From assembly GCF_009914755.1 (NCBI RefSeq), contig NC_060935.1: a stretch of 64,000 bases of DNA; one strand, written 5' to 3'. This document shows, one piece after another, positions 27,721 through 44,705 of this stretch. The DNA comes from the human T2T-CHM13v2.0 reference genome, Homo sapiens. Each line of letters opens with the position of its first letter. The stretch's first letter is position 1. Below the pieces are notes generated by a model. The model was given only the letters and a program-made list of their open reading frames with translations. It was not told the origin of the DNA and ran no database searches. The position numbers were made by a program, and so were the translations under genes.

Positions 27721-29168
27721 GTCCAGTTGTTGGATCATCTGGTTGGGGGCTGCTGACCCAGAGAAACTTTGTCTTCTGGGGCAGTGCACCTTCCAGTGAT
27801 TGCCTCAGCATAGCGGACATGGACGAGGGGGTGGCTTGTTTCTCACTGGACAATCTTTTTTAAAGTGTCCTTGTAAACAATACTGCTAACAAGCCCTACC
27901 AGATGATTGGCCTGCTCCATTTTCTGTCCTCTGAACCACCAAGGTTTGTTTGCCTGAAGGCTATGACAAAGGCTGCAGCCTTTCTCTGATCTCGCTTTTC
28001 CTTTTGGGTGTGTTCCTCTTGGTCCATATTATAGAACACTGTGGTTGCCAGGTTTAATAATGCCTCCAGATTTTGTTCAGGGCCCAGGGCTTGCTTTTGG
28101 AGCTTTCTGCTGATATCCGCAGCTGATTGAGTAATAAACTTATCTTTTAGAATCAATTGACCCTCGAGTGATTAGGGTGATAGGGGAGTATATTGTCTTA
28201 GGCCTCCCATAGCCAGTCGAGGAAAGTGGAAGGATTTTCTTCCTTTCCCTGAATTATGGTGGACATCATTGAATAACTCATGGGCTTTTTCCTAATTCTC
28301 CTTAGTCCTTCTAGAACACAGGTCAACAGAAGTTTACAACTCCAGTCCCCAAGATCTGAGTTGAGGTCCCAGTGGGGATCCATACTGGGGATGGTATGCT
28401 AACCAGTAGGGACTTTGTCCCTTTCTTCAGCTGTCATTCTGTCATTTACTTGACTAAGATACCAGGTATCTCCAAACTCTCAGGCTGCAGCCAAAGCCTC
28501 ATTCTTTTCATTAAAAGCCAGGGTTTGATCTCACAAGAGCATGACATCTCTCCAAGTGAGATCGAAGGTTTGCTCTAGACTCTGTAGGACATCTATGTAC
28601 CTATCAGGATCATCTGAAAACTTCCCCCAGGTCTGCCTTGATCTGCTTTAAGTCAGAGAGGGAGAAGGGACATGTACCCAGGTTGGACCAAATTCCCCAC
28701 CCCCTACAGCTTGAAGGGGGAACTGATAGCCGGGTGGATTTTGTGGTCCTTTGGAGATTTCTCTCCTTGTTCCCTTCTGGGCTGGGGAGATTAGAGGAGG
28801 CTTATCATTAATAGGAGGGGGAGCTATAGGGAGGCTAGGATATGGGGGTGAGCTGAAAGGTCCTCCTGTGAGATGTAAATTGCAAGCTTTGCATAGTTGT
28901 GGATTCACCTTCAATTAAAAGAAAGCTTGGACATAAGGTATCTCACTCCATTTGCCTTCCCTCTTACAGAAAAGGTCAAGCTGCAGGATAGTTTTGTAAT
29001 TTATATTTCCCTCAGGTCACCTTTTTTCCCCATCAGAGAGAGAATATTGGGGCCAGGCCATGGTGCAGAAAAAAATGAGCCATCTCTTTTTCAGGGTTTG
29101 CAGGTCAAATTGGTCCCAATGACTTAGGATGCATTTCCAGGGTGAACCTGTTGATGCCTGTTTCCCAT
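27721..29168 (-). pseudogene. gag: ERV9 gag remnant
   Basis: MA-like [16 protein letters not shown]; MHR-like IIQGKEENP; KDKFITQSAADI; two degenerate zinc knuckles (GHFKKDCP; CPLC*GNHWKVHCP). Confidence 0.88.
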
Positions 29169-29295
29169 CTGAAAGACAAAACCACCCATGGTTTTGGTTT
29201 GTTTGTTTCCCGCTGCCCAAGAACCCGCAATGGTCCCTGGACCCTGCTGATTGGAATAGTTGTGCTCACCGACGCAGCAGCAGAAACACTAGTTT

Positions 29296-29449
29296 TCCTC
29301 CTAGAACACAAAGAGGACTGAGGAAGGTCGGATTTAGTGGCCCTTACCAACGCATTCTCGAAAACCTGTACCCTGTCCTCTTAGACCACAAAGAAGACCA
29401 GGAAAAATCGGATTTAGTGGCCCTTACCGACACATTCTCGAGAACTTGT
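29296..29449. repeat. Two ~74-bp direct repeats (80-bp period) in the ERV leader
   Basis: Shared core tcggatttagtggcccttacc...cattctcga. Confidence 0.85.
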
Positions 29450-30275
29450 TAGAGTCCTAAGCATTCTCCTGTTAGTATCGGGATCTTACCCCTGTCCTAT
29501 AAAGATGTTATGCCCCAAAAATGAAGTGGAGGGCCAAACCCTGAGTGAGGGGAGGGATCTCCAGAGTTGGAAGATTGATGCCTTATGTCCTTACTTATAT
29601 GAATAGGAAGGATACAATTTCTGAGGCTCCCCATATCCCCTGCTTGTCTGAGAAGGGATCCTAAAATTCCAGATAGTCCCCCCATGATTGTGCTTTGGGC
29701 AAAAATTATGTCTTTCTGATTGGTGAGCCCGGGTGCCTAAAGAAGGTAACAGAGTCCTGAAGTTTATACTAGAAATCATTCTTACAGGAGAAAAGCCCCA
29801 GAGAGTGGTTTTTAGAAGCAGGACTAGTCTTGGAGAAGAGAGGTGAGAGGAAGTTTGTCTGACAGGCATTAGGACCCAGGAGCCAAGGGTCAGGATAGAT
29901 AGGATAGATGGGCAAGTCTCGCTTGGGCGACATGACTTTGATAGTTCTGCTCATGGCCACAGGATCAACCAACTTTCTGTCAGGACCCTGGAGCTGAATG
30001 GCTTTCCTCTCTGTCAGCCCTTGGCTCAGCCTAGAAGTACAGAAAAAGTGGAAGCTGGTTCCAGGCAAACCAATGCTCACAACTCCAAAGATTTGGGGGT
30101 TGTTAGCCCTTTCCCAGAAAGCCTGACACCCGTGTCTTTAGTCCAGCGGCCACACTAGTCGCTTTTAACTGGCCAACATGTGCCCGGTATTTAGCCCCCA
30201 AATTCTAAGGAAACATAGGACAGAATAGCAAGCAAAAGGAGTCCAATGGCACTCACCACTTGGCGATAGTCGATA

Positions 30276-30293
30276 GTCCCATCTGGGTCACCA
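30276..30293 (-). other. Primer binding site for tRNA-Arg (CCG type)
   Basis: TGGTGACCCAGATGGGAC, one mismatch to the complement of the recalled tRNA-Arg-CCG 3' end. Lies 3 nt from the 5' LTR; splice donor GTGAGT at 30256-30251. Confidence 0.85.
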
Positions 30294-30296
30294 AAA

Positions 30297-30813
30297 TATG
30301 TCTGGGATTGGTTCCTTCTGGTGGATTCTTGGTCTCGCTAACTTCAAGAATGAAGCCATAGACCCATGTGGTGACGGTTACAGCTCATAAAGGTAGTGCA
30401 GACCCAAAGAGTGAGCAGCAGCAAGATTTACTGTGAAGAGTGAAAGAACAAAGCTTCCACAGCGTGGAAAGGGACCCAAGCGGGTTGCTGCTGCTGGCTT
30501 GCTTGGCCAGCTTTTATTCCCTTATTTGGCCCAGCCACATCCTGCTGATTGGTCCATTTTACAGAGTGCTGATTGGTCTATTTTACAGAGTGCTGATTGG
30601 TCTGTTTTTACAGAGTGCTTATTTTTGCATTTACAAACCTTTAGCTAGACATAGAGCAATGATTGGTGCATTTTTACAGAGTGCTGATTGGTGCATTTAC
30701 AAACCTTTAGCTAGACACAGAGCACTGATTGGTGCATTTACAATCCCTTAGCTAGACAGAAAAGTTCTCCAAGTCCCCACCCGACCCAGAAGCCCAGCCG
30801 GGTTCACCTCTCA
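30297..30813 (-). promoter_or_regulatory. 5' LTR (LTR12F-like, 517 bp)
   Basis: Colinear with the 3' LTR; CCAAT repeats. Confidence 0.93.
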
Positions 30814-30898
30814 CTATTATTGTTATTGTACAAATTATAGAAACAACCCAAACAACAAAGAACCTGAAATCCTATAAAAGTTGTAAAACTATTAAATT

Positions 30899-31180
30899 TG
30901 CCAGATTTGGTGGCTCACACCTGTAATCCTAGCACTTTGGTAGGCTGAGGTGGGCAAATCACTTGAGGTCAGGAGTTCAAGACCAGCCTGGCTAACATGG
31001 TGAAACCCCATCTCTACTAAAAATACAAAAATAAGCTGGGCATGGTGGCATGTGCCTGTAATCCCAGCTACTCAGGAGGCTGAGGTAGGAGAATCACTTG
31101 AACCTGGGAGGTAAAGGTTGCAGTGGGCCGAGCTCACACCACTGTACTCCAGCCTGGGTAACAAAGCAAGACTCCATCTC

Positions 31181-31211
<31 letters not shown>

Positions 31212-31216
31212 ACAAC
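30899..31216 (+). mobile_element. AluSx/Sz-like with (CAAAA)n tail
   Basis: TSD actattaaat at 30888-30897 / 31217-31226. Confidence 0.92.
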
Positions 31217-31614
31217 ACTATTAAATGGTGAATCCAGGGTGTGAATCTGTAATCTGGTTTCAGAGTTGGTGTTTACTGTTATCATAAACTAATCCTCAAA
31301 TATACCCAGATTGTTTAATTAGGAGGAAGGGCAATGTTTACTATTATATACATATGTATCTACTGCAAGGTGTGGACTTAATCATGAATATATAAAATAT
31401 TATGGTTATTAAAATTTTGCTGTGAAATATTTAAAAAGTACTGTAAGTTAGTACTAACATTGGTCAGAAATTACTATAATTTATGTTGTAACTAATATGC
31501 CCTAATAATTGCTTGTGAACAGAAACAGTTCCTTTTGAATATCCATTGATGCTGTATAATTAACAAAGGTCTTCAAATCTATAATAATTTAATAAACGTT
31601 CATTTAAATAGAAA

Positions 31615-32628
31615 TGACACAGGATCCTTTCGGTGCCACTTTGCAAGATGGAAATCTGTGTGACCAGTCGTGTCCTTACCTGGGCTTGGCTCAGTTCTGG
31701 GTTGACTACTGGGCTTGCTCTGCCCACTCGGCCTATTGGGCTGCACTCAGCTCATGCTACTGGCCTGGATTCTGCATGTCCACAGGGACTCTGTGTTCAG
31801 CCCGTGGCTGAGCCAGGTGTGCTGGAGGAGGTTTTCATGTTGGTCAATGGTGGGTAGATGAGGGAAAAGTGGTGGAACCCCAAATCTGAGAGATGGCAGC
31901 AACCATGGAGGCCAAAGGTGTGTTACTGCTTTTGCTTGGGCAGTCCCAAGGCCTGAGCCCAACACCCACAGTGCAGCGAATGGGATGGCAGGGGGAATTG
32001 AGGGGGCGTGTTCCAGCTTGTTTGTGTTACAGCTTGTTTGTTCCCATCACCTGCAGTGCAGCGAATAAGGGCCTATCACGGCTCATTTGGTTCCTCCATT
32101 TGCAGCTTGGTGAACTGGGGCATGTGACACCCCAGCAGCTTTTTATTCCCTGTTGCTCAGCAAGTGGGAGGGAGGGTTACAATGTTACAGGTCTTTTCCC
32201 AGCTGCTTTTCCTCAGGCTCCAGGTTCCTGTCCTGGGACAAAGAAGAATGAGGTTATGTGGACACGAGAGTAAGTAAGGCAGTGTAGAAGAAGTTTATTG
32301 AGTGAGAGAAAAGCTCGCCACCATGAGAGGGGAAGCCCTCTTATGAGAGGGGTCCCAGAAGCAGGAGGCCCAATGTGTGACTGAGTCCAGGGTATATATG
32401 GATTCAGAAAGGGGAAGTGTGTGCTGATTGGCCCATGGGCGGGCCTGGGAAAAATACCATTCAATTGGCTAAAAGGCATCAAGGAAGTTCTCACTCTGGT
32501 AGTAGGCTCTTCCTGGAACTGGCTGCTCAACTTTTCAGGCTTTAAATTGTCTTTGGCTTGAAGGTGGGATTTCACAGGGGACCACTCCTTTGTCTTCTTA
32601 GGAATTTATCTGCCTCTTAGCACTGTCA
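31615..32628 (-). mobile_element. Solo ERV1 LTR, LTR28/LTR27/MER52 group (1014 bp)
   Basis: TG...CA termini; minus strand starts TGACAGTGCTAAGAGGCAGATAAATTCCTA; CCAAT boxes; 4-bp flanks gaaa/taaa. Confidence 0.8.
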
Positions 32629-33824
32629 TAAACACTAATATACAAAAAGGTAAAAACTTTTCAGTCTTTGCCTTAATGTGAAAGTCCAGAATAATTTGTC
32701 CAAATACCATTTTAGGACTGTGTACATTCCAACAATTTTGAGGAGGGAGGAACAGAGGACATTGCTATGTTAAAGTATCCATATAGCTCATCATAATTCA
32801 TTTGTTTATGATTACATATAAACCAGAAAGAAAGTGAGATACGTACTTTAAATGATCTTTTACTTAAACTTCAGCAAAAATGTTGTCATTTTTGAAATTC
32901 TCTAAAATTAAATTATAGTTTGTATGACTTTGGCTATGAGTTATGTCCATAAATAATTATTTGCATTGCATATATATATTGTGGTAATATGCTCTGAAAT
33001 ATCTAATCAATGTGTAATAAATTAAAATATGTATTTATTGGAATATTAGTGTTAGTACTTCATAATTTCATAGTAACTTTTATCTAGTAACTAAAGAAAA
33101 CATACAAGTATCAACTAATCTTTATAGCGTTTCATTTTCTTTTAAATATGTATAAGAAGGGATCACCATGTCATTATAACTCACTAGAGATTTGAGACGA
33201 ATATTATTTTTTAAAAACTTTCTATTTTTCGTTTTACCTCATTTTGAGATTATCTGAAATGTCTATGACTAACCAAAGGCATTGTGATTTTAACACATTC
33301 TTTACATTTAAGAGTCAAGTATTTAAGAATTCATGAAAAGAAAATGAATGTTTTATCTTCATGCAATAAAAATAACATGATCTTAGTGTCTCAGTCTCTG
33401 ATAAATTGGCCTATTAACTCAGCAGTTAGTACTACTCCTTGTTTCTTCATCCTCACCCATGACCTTTCCTTTCCCCTTCATCTTTACTTTCACTTTGAGC
33501 CAATTAAGGATATTTTAGTCTACCTTGGCTTAAAAATATTTTTTAAATTTCTTCCTCAAATATTATTGGAACAATATTAAAAATACAGTAAATTATGATT
33601 TTTAAAGTACATTAGTTTGTTAACATTTCTCTTTGTCAATCCCCATGTGGTACCATTCCAGAATTTCCTAGCTTACACTGTTTTTTAAAACTATCAGGCA
33701 GTCTAGCATAGTTAAGACCAATAATTTCTATTCAAGTAACCTTAAATTCAAGCATATGCTGCTATTTCCTAGTTATAAAATCATTGGCAATTATTTTAAC
33801 ATATTTAAGAATCTATGCTCTCTA

Positions 33825-34522
<698 letters not shown>

Positions 34523-36187
34523 TTAATAGGAGCTTCTTATAAGTAGATAGATAAGTGAATATCAATTGAGCCTATCTTTCCATTAGAGGCTAAAATTAGA
34601 GTCACTGATGTTTCTGGGAATCCAATATTGATGTCATCAAATGGGCACATCATAGTTAATGGGTTAATTCTGAACAGCAACCCTCGAGGGCATGGGGCAT
34701 ATATATTTTATTTTAGTTTCCTTAATTTTTAGCACAATATATTGTGACTATCAGTGAATGCTCAATGAACAAACCAATTACTAAGTTAATGAATGAATGA
34801 TCTGAGAAAAGGAATGGCTTCACAGTAGACAAATTATAATATGTACATGAGCATCTGTATCTCTCCTTATATCCATAAACTTATTCTATCATGTTGAGTA
34901 AACATATTCATTATAGTGACAGCATGGCTTTGAACTTTTGCATTAGACACAAGAACATTTTTATGCTCTTCTCATATTTCATCACTAGTCATGTATATGC
35001 TGTGAATTTCAGTGCCCATAATAGGGACAACTTTGCTTTAATCCATCCTCCTACTCTTGTTAGTTATCTGCTCTAAGACTAGACTACAGTGAATAGAAAA
35101 GCGAACATAAGGTTCAGGCCATTTAGTTTTCTATAGGGTATGTAAAATATTCTAATTTTTATATTAAAACAAGACATAAAATTCATGAAATTCTGAGTGC
35201 CTTTTTATGGATGGTGGTACAATGACTATATTTAAGTAATTGAAGACACACTAAACAGTTTTCAATTTTGTTTAAATTTTTTTATTGATGCATAATATTT
35301 TACATATTTATGAGGCACATGTGATATTTTGTTGCAAACATAGATTGTGTAATGATCAAGTCAGGGTATTCGGGGCATCTATCACCTTGTAGATTTATTA
35401 TTTATATCTGTTGGGAATATTTCAAGTTCTCTTTTCTAGAGAGAGAATATATATGTTTTTATTTTAAAATTTAATATATATATTTTAATAACCTTACCAA
35501 AATTATCTAGACCTTGATTAAAATACAAAATGGAGATGGTTAATAACAGGAAAGTTTTCTGAAGGCTTGTGTATAGACACAAAAGGCAGCATTCCCTACC
35601 CTTTTCTAACAAAATGGTTCATTTTTAGGAAAACACATACACTTATTTTTGTTGGTTAGCAATGTGTTTCCTATTATTATTAGAATTAAGTCATTCTAAT
35701 TAGCTGCCTTGAAGGGTAATCTGCTTTGCTGAGCATTTAATAAACACTGAGTGACACTTTCCCAGGTCTCTCACTTACGCAAAATATAATAACCTCTTAG
35801 TCTCTACATCTTTATGAGTCTCTGACGTGAATAACCAGGTAGTATAAATAATCAAGATGCTTTTATTATTAACTGCTGCCTGTAAAACTAACTTTCATCT
35901 CCCTGACTTAAATCTTTTTCTCCCAAACTCCCCACACTGTTTCCCAAGCATGGCTAAACTTGCCAAACCCATTAGACATTGTAAATATTGGACTTCCGTC
36001 TACATCTATTCTTTAGAACTAGAAAGGTGTTCCTATCTCCCTGATGCATTTTTACTTCCTTCTTTGCCCTTCTGCTGGTGCTGCTGAAGTTCTCAAAACC
36101 CATTAAAGTCCTAAATGTGATGACACCACTACTGAGGCAGTCAGAAGCATGCCCTTAGTCTTATTAAGCTTTTATTTCCACTGCATT

Positions 36188-37032
36188 ATGAAAAAAATGC
36201 TCAACATTATTAATGATCAGAGAACTGCAAATATGAACTTCAGGGAGATATCATCTTATCCCAGTCAGAATGACTAGTATGAAAAAGACAAAAAATAACT
36301 AATAGATGCTGGTGAGGATGCAGAGAAAAGGTAATTCATATATTGTTGGTGGGAATGTGAACTCGTACATCCACTATGAAGACACTAAGGAGATTTCTCA
36401 AAAAACTAAAACTAGAACTACCCTTCAATATAGGCATCGCACTACTGGGTATCAACCCAAAGGAAAAGAAAGAGATATATCAAATGGATACCTGTACTCA
36501 GATATTTATGCAGCACTCTTCACAATAGCAAATATATGGAATCAACCTAAGTGTCCATCAATGGATGAGTGGATCAAGAAAATGTACTAGGTATACCCAA
36601 ATGGAATACTCCACAGGTATAAACAAAAATGAAATAACGTCATTTTCAGCAACATGGATGAAACCGGTTGTCATTATCTTAAGTGAAATAAGCCGGGGAC
36701 CAAAAGTCAAATATTGCATGTTCTCCCTTATATGTGGGAGCTAAAACTTTGATGACAGGGAAGTAGAGCGTGGACAGATAAACAGAATGTGAAGGGTGAG
36801 TTGGGGGAGGGGAGGAGGATGAAGAGGAGTGGGTTAATGGGTACAAACATACACTTAACGTAGAAAAAATGAATGTTTAACAGCAGAGTAGAGTGACTGT
36901 AGTTATACAAAAATGTAGTGTACTTGGGTGAGGAACACCCTAGATACCCTGATCAAATCACTATATATTATTTAAATTTCACATGTACCTTTATAAATTT
37001 TTACATATGAAAATTAATTAATTAGTTTAAAA
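36188..37032 (+). mobile_element. L1MA-type 3' end
   Basis: ORF2 C-terminal peptide NIWNQPKCPSMDEWIKKM and an L1MA-like 3'UTR. Confidence 0.8.
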
Positions 37033-37320
37033 AGCAGGCCTACACTAGCTTACCCATATGCTTACTAGTTTATTGGTACAAAATAGATAAAATGTTTGAT
37101 CTCTTGAAATGCGTGAAGATATATTTAATATAACTATGGCTTATTTCCTTGTTTCTTTTTTCACTTTTAGCTATTTGTTAATGTCTCTGAGATAAACTAT
37201 TATTTTAATATGGATACAGTATTAATCCTTTGTCATATTTTCATGCTTATAGACATAAGGTCACCCAATGATATAATTTTTAATTTCAACATTTAAAAAA
37301 TTACATTAACTGTATTTATT

Positions 37321-38672
<1,352 letters not shown>

Positions 38673-38789
38673 TCATGTATAATTTTAGAAAATGTTATTA
38701 ATATTATATTGAGTAGTTGCGATTTATTTAGTCATGCTATATCCGTATAAATTCTCACAAAACACTAAAAGAAAGAAACATTATTATCC

Positions 38790-39380
38790 TGTTTTAAAAA
38801 TAAACTTTTAGTTTGGAATACCTCTACACTTACAAAATGTTACGATAGTACAGAGAATTCCTGTGTAACATTCACTCAGCTTCCCCTAATGTTAACATCT
38901 TATATAATCATGCTACATATATCAAAACAAAGAAGTTAGCATTTGTACAATACTATTACCAAACTACAGACCCTATTTGGGTTTCATCAGTTTTTCTTAC
39001 TAATATCCTTTTCCTATTTTAGGATCTAACCCAGGATTCCACATTGTGTTAAGTCATCCTGTGTCCTTAGTCTCCTCAGGTCTTTGACAGTTTTTCAGTT
39101 TTTCCTTGTTTTTCATGGCCTGATACATTTGAGGGGTAGTAGTGAGATATTTTATAGAGCATTCCCAATACAGATCTGTCAAATGGGTTTTCATGCTTGG
39201 ACTGGAGCTACAGATTTTTGTAAATAACACGACAGAGGTGTGGTACATTTGCCAACATCCCACCAGGAATACATGGTATCTACATGTATTCCTAAATGGA
39301 GCTGTTAAACCTTATCTCTTGGTTAAAATAGTGTCTACTGAAAATTTATTCACAAAGTTACTATGATTCTTGTCCAATTG
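38790..39380 (-). mobile_element. Old L1MC-like 3' end, resuming at about 41925-42180
   Basis: atagtacagagaattcc...cttcccctaatgttaacatctta... pattern. Confidence 0.6.
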
Positions 39381-39384
39381 TTTT

Positions 39385-41920
<2,536 letters not shown>

Positions 41921-42186
41921 CCTCCTTTCCAAACTTTATTCTTTGGAACAGAATCACTAAGTTCAGCCTACACTCAAGGGAAAGGAATTTAAACTCCACT
42001 TTCTGAAAGATGGAGTGTCAGCATGCGTTATTTAGAATTCTCTCATAAGGAATATTTATCTCTTCTCCTCCATTTATTTATTCAATCATTTATTCTCCTC
42101 CATTCATTTATTCAATGCATATTAGCATGGACTTATAGTTACTTTTAGTCTTTGAGCTATAATATAATACTATCATTATTAATTCC

Positions 42187-42490
42187 TTTTTCCTTTTTTT
42201 TTTTTTTTTTAAGACACTCTCACTCTGTTGCCCAGGCTGGAGTGCAGGACCATGATCTCAGCTCACTGTAATCTCTAGCTCCTGGGTTCAAGTGATTCTC
42301 ATGCCTCAGCCTCTCAAGTAGCTGGGATTACAGGTGCATGCCACCATGCCTGGCTAAGTTTTGTATTTTTAGTAGAGGTGGGGTTTTGCCATGTTGGCCA
42401 GGCTTGTCTTGAACTCCTGGCCTCAAGTGATCCACCTGCCTCAGTCGCCCAAAGTGCTGGGATTACAGAAGTAAGCCAATAAGTCCAGCC
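42187..42490 (-). mobile_element. Alu (J/Sz-like)
   Basis: Reverse-complement dimeric Alu with T tail. Confidence 0.9.
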
Positions 42491-42504
42491 TTATCTTCCC
42501 TTTA

Positions 42505-42783
42505 AATGACTTTATTTTTTAGAACAGTTTTAGACTCACAGCAAAATTGAGCAGAAAGTAAAGAGAGTTCCCAAAATTTTGCTACCCTCCTCCCAACATG
42601 CAGCCTCCCACATTATCAACATCTTATGCCAGAGTGGCACATTTGTTGCGCTCAATGAACTACCTTGACACATCACTATGGTCATTGAAGTATATATTTC
42701 ACATTAGCGTTTGCTCTTGGTGTTGTATATTCCATGTCTTTTGACAATTTTGACATGTGTCCCACCTTATAGTATCATATAGA
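42505..42783 (-). mobile_element. L1MC-like 3' end fragment
   Basis: ttttagaacagttttagactcacagcaaaattgagcagaaagta. Confidence 0.65.
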
Positions 42784-43413
42784 ATTTATCTTCGTTATAC
42801 ATGACAGTAAACAGAATCTATCATATAGAATTCTATCACATGAATCTATCATATAGAATGTCATACATCATCTAACATAGATTTATCTTCATTTTACATG
42901 AGAGTAAACAGAATCATAGAAATAATAAGTTGCTCACAAAAGGTGACACAGTTTAACTTTTTGTGAATGATATAATGCATTTCATTAAAATTAATTATAA
43001 ATTTGATTTGAACTATATCATATACCATTGTCTTATAGATACATACCATAAACAATTTATCTCCTTATTTATGAATTTTTAATTATTATTATTTTTATTT
43101 AAATGAGCATGGTTTGGTTGATTTAAACATCTGTCTTATACTCCACCAAAACAATAAAGTCTGCAAAGAAAATATGTTTCTTCATTTTTATGTCCTCCTT
43201 TCTTCCTCATTGATCCGTTCAACTCAATGGCATTTAATATAGAACTTTTACTAGCAGAATAGATGATGGATTATTGTTTGCTGAATGAATGATTATCTAA
43301 TATGTTATTGAGCTTAAGATTTTGTCATGCACACTATTTAAGCTGTCGTTATGGGAGCCTGACTTCTGAGGTTTCTTGAGGCTACTGTCAGAGGCAGGAA
43401 TGTGAGTAGGATC

Positions 43414-43545
43414 GCATATTGTTTGGATCTAGTGTCACATACTTTATCTTCTTAAAAATGACTCCAGATTTTCACATATTGGCATATTGTTTTGATGTAG
43501 TGTCATATACTTTATCTTCTTAAAAATGACTCCAGATTTTCACAT
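43414..43545. repeat. 64-bp tandem duplication (68-bp period)
   Basis: 43414-43477 vs 43482-43545, 3 mismatches. Confidence 0.93.
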
Positions 43546-44509
43546 CCTGGATTGTGTTTTGGTATAATATTTAAAGCCTCATAATAATTTGAGAGAATTT
43601 ATAGGTTCCACTTTAACAACCATCTGTGTACTGCAGCAAACACATGATCAAGGTTCTAGAATCTTGAAAATTTAACATATTTTCTAAAGTTTATCATTTT
43701 AACATATAAAAATGAGAATAACTCCACAGTAACCTCCACTGTAACCTTCTGATGGTCACAGAAAGGAGCAATAGCAAAAAAAGGATGATTTGACTTTGGG
43801 GAAAATTATGGTCTAGTACCACATATACTATTTTGTCTAGTGCTACTCGTATCATTTGCTAGACCTCTTTTTTTAATAAGAAATGTCTAAGAAAGACCAT
43901 CTTCCATTTGTGATTTACTAATAAATTGTGATAATTAATCTCCCCATTTACCCTATTGTCTTCCAGAAAAGCCAGCTACAACCTAGCCTATTTTGTGAAG
44001 CTGCACTTATAGCTTATTTCAGCATGGACTGCATCTGAATGAAGATTTTAGGGCAAAGCTCCATTCTTTTTAATTTGAGGAATCACTCATTCTTGCAGCA
44101 CTATGCATCCTCTTATGTTTCACTAGTCACATCTTTCTGTTGTCATTTTTGCAGAGTTATATTCTTGGTGGTGTTGTATATAGCAATAAATTGATTCTGT
44201 TCAGTTTAGATTCTACATTTAATCACCTGAAAACACTATTTTCTTTCCTGCTACTCTAGCACAAAATTATCTCTTAAGAATAATTTGAATTCTTAGATTT
44301 TTTTGATGCCTTTTACATTTCTTTAACAAATTAGGACCCTCTAATAAATAATTTTACTTGGGGTCTAATTTAATAACTTTTAAAATTATTCAATTGATTG
44401 TATTCTGCTATGATAGATAAACGTTGTAATAGGCACATGATAATGTATATCCAAGAGAATAATTTGGAATGTTATTAAATTAGAAATGCTACAAACATTT
44501 TATAATTAT

Positions 44510-44705
44510 GAAGGGGCATTCTGAGTACAGCAGAACAGAAAAATGAAAAGTTCCTGGATTCTGGTGACATTACTGAATTGCAAAATTAAACAACTCTAGA
44601 ACTCTTCTACATTAAGATTTTATATGTAAGGTGATAAACCCCTTCTGTTCAAGCTCTTCTTAGTTGGGGCTTATATAACTTGCAGCTAAATAGTTTCTAA
44701 CTGTT
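44510..44705 (+). mobile_element. MLT1 (MaLR) LTR 3' fragment
   Basis: ...ttagttggggcttatataacttgcagctaaa...ctaactg, a typical MLT1 end. Confidence 0.55.

Larger units (their letters stand above)
23347..30813 (-). mobile_element. ERV9 (HERV9) provirus with LTR12F-type LTRs; defective and chimeric
   Basis: Two ~518-bp LTRs, PBS, gag-pro-pol(RT/RNaseH), env TM and PPT. 4-bp TSD ttat/ctat. Confidence 0.95.

Noticed and set aside
30276-30293. tRNA-like sequence
   Set aside because: Only 18 nt matching a tRNA 3' end; it is the retroviral PBS, not a tRNA gene.
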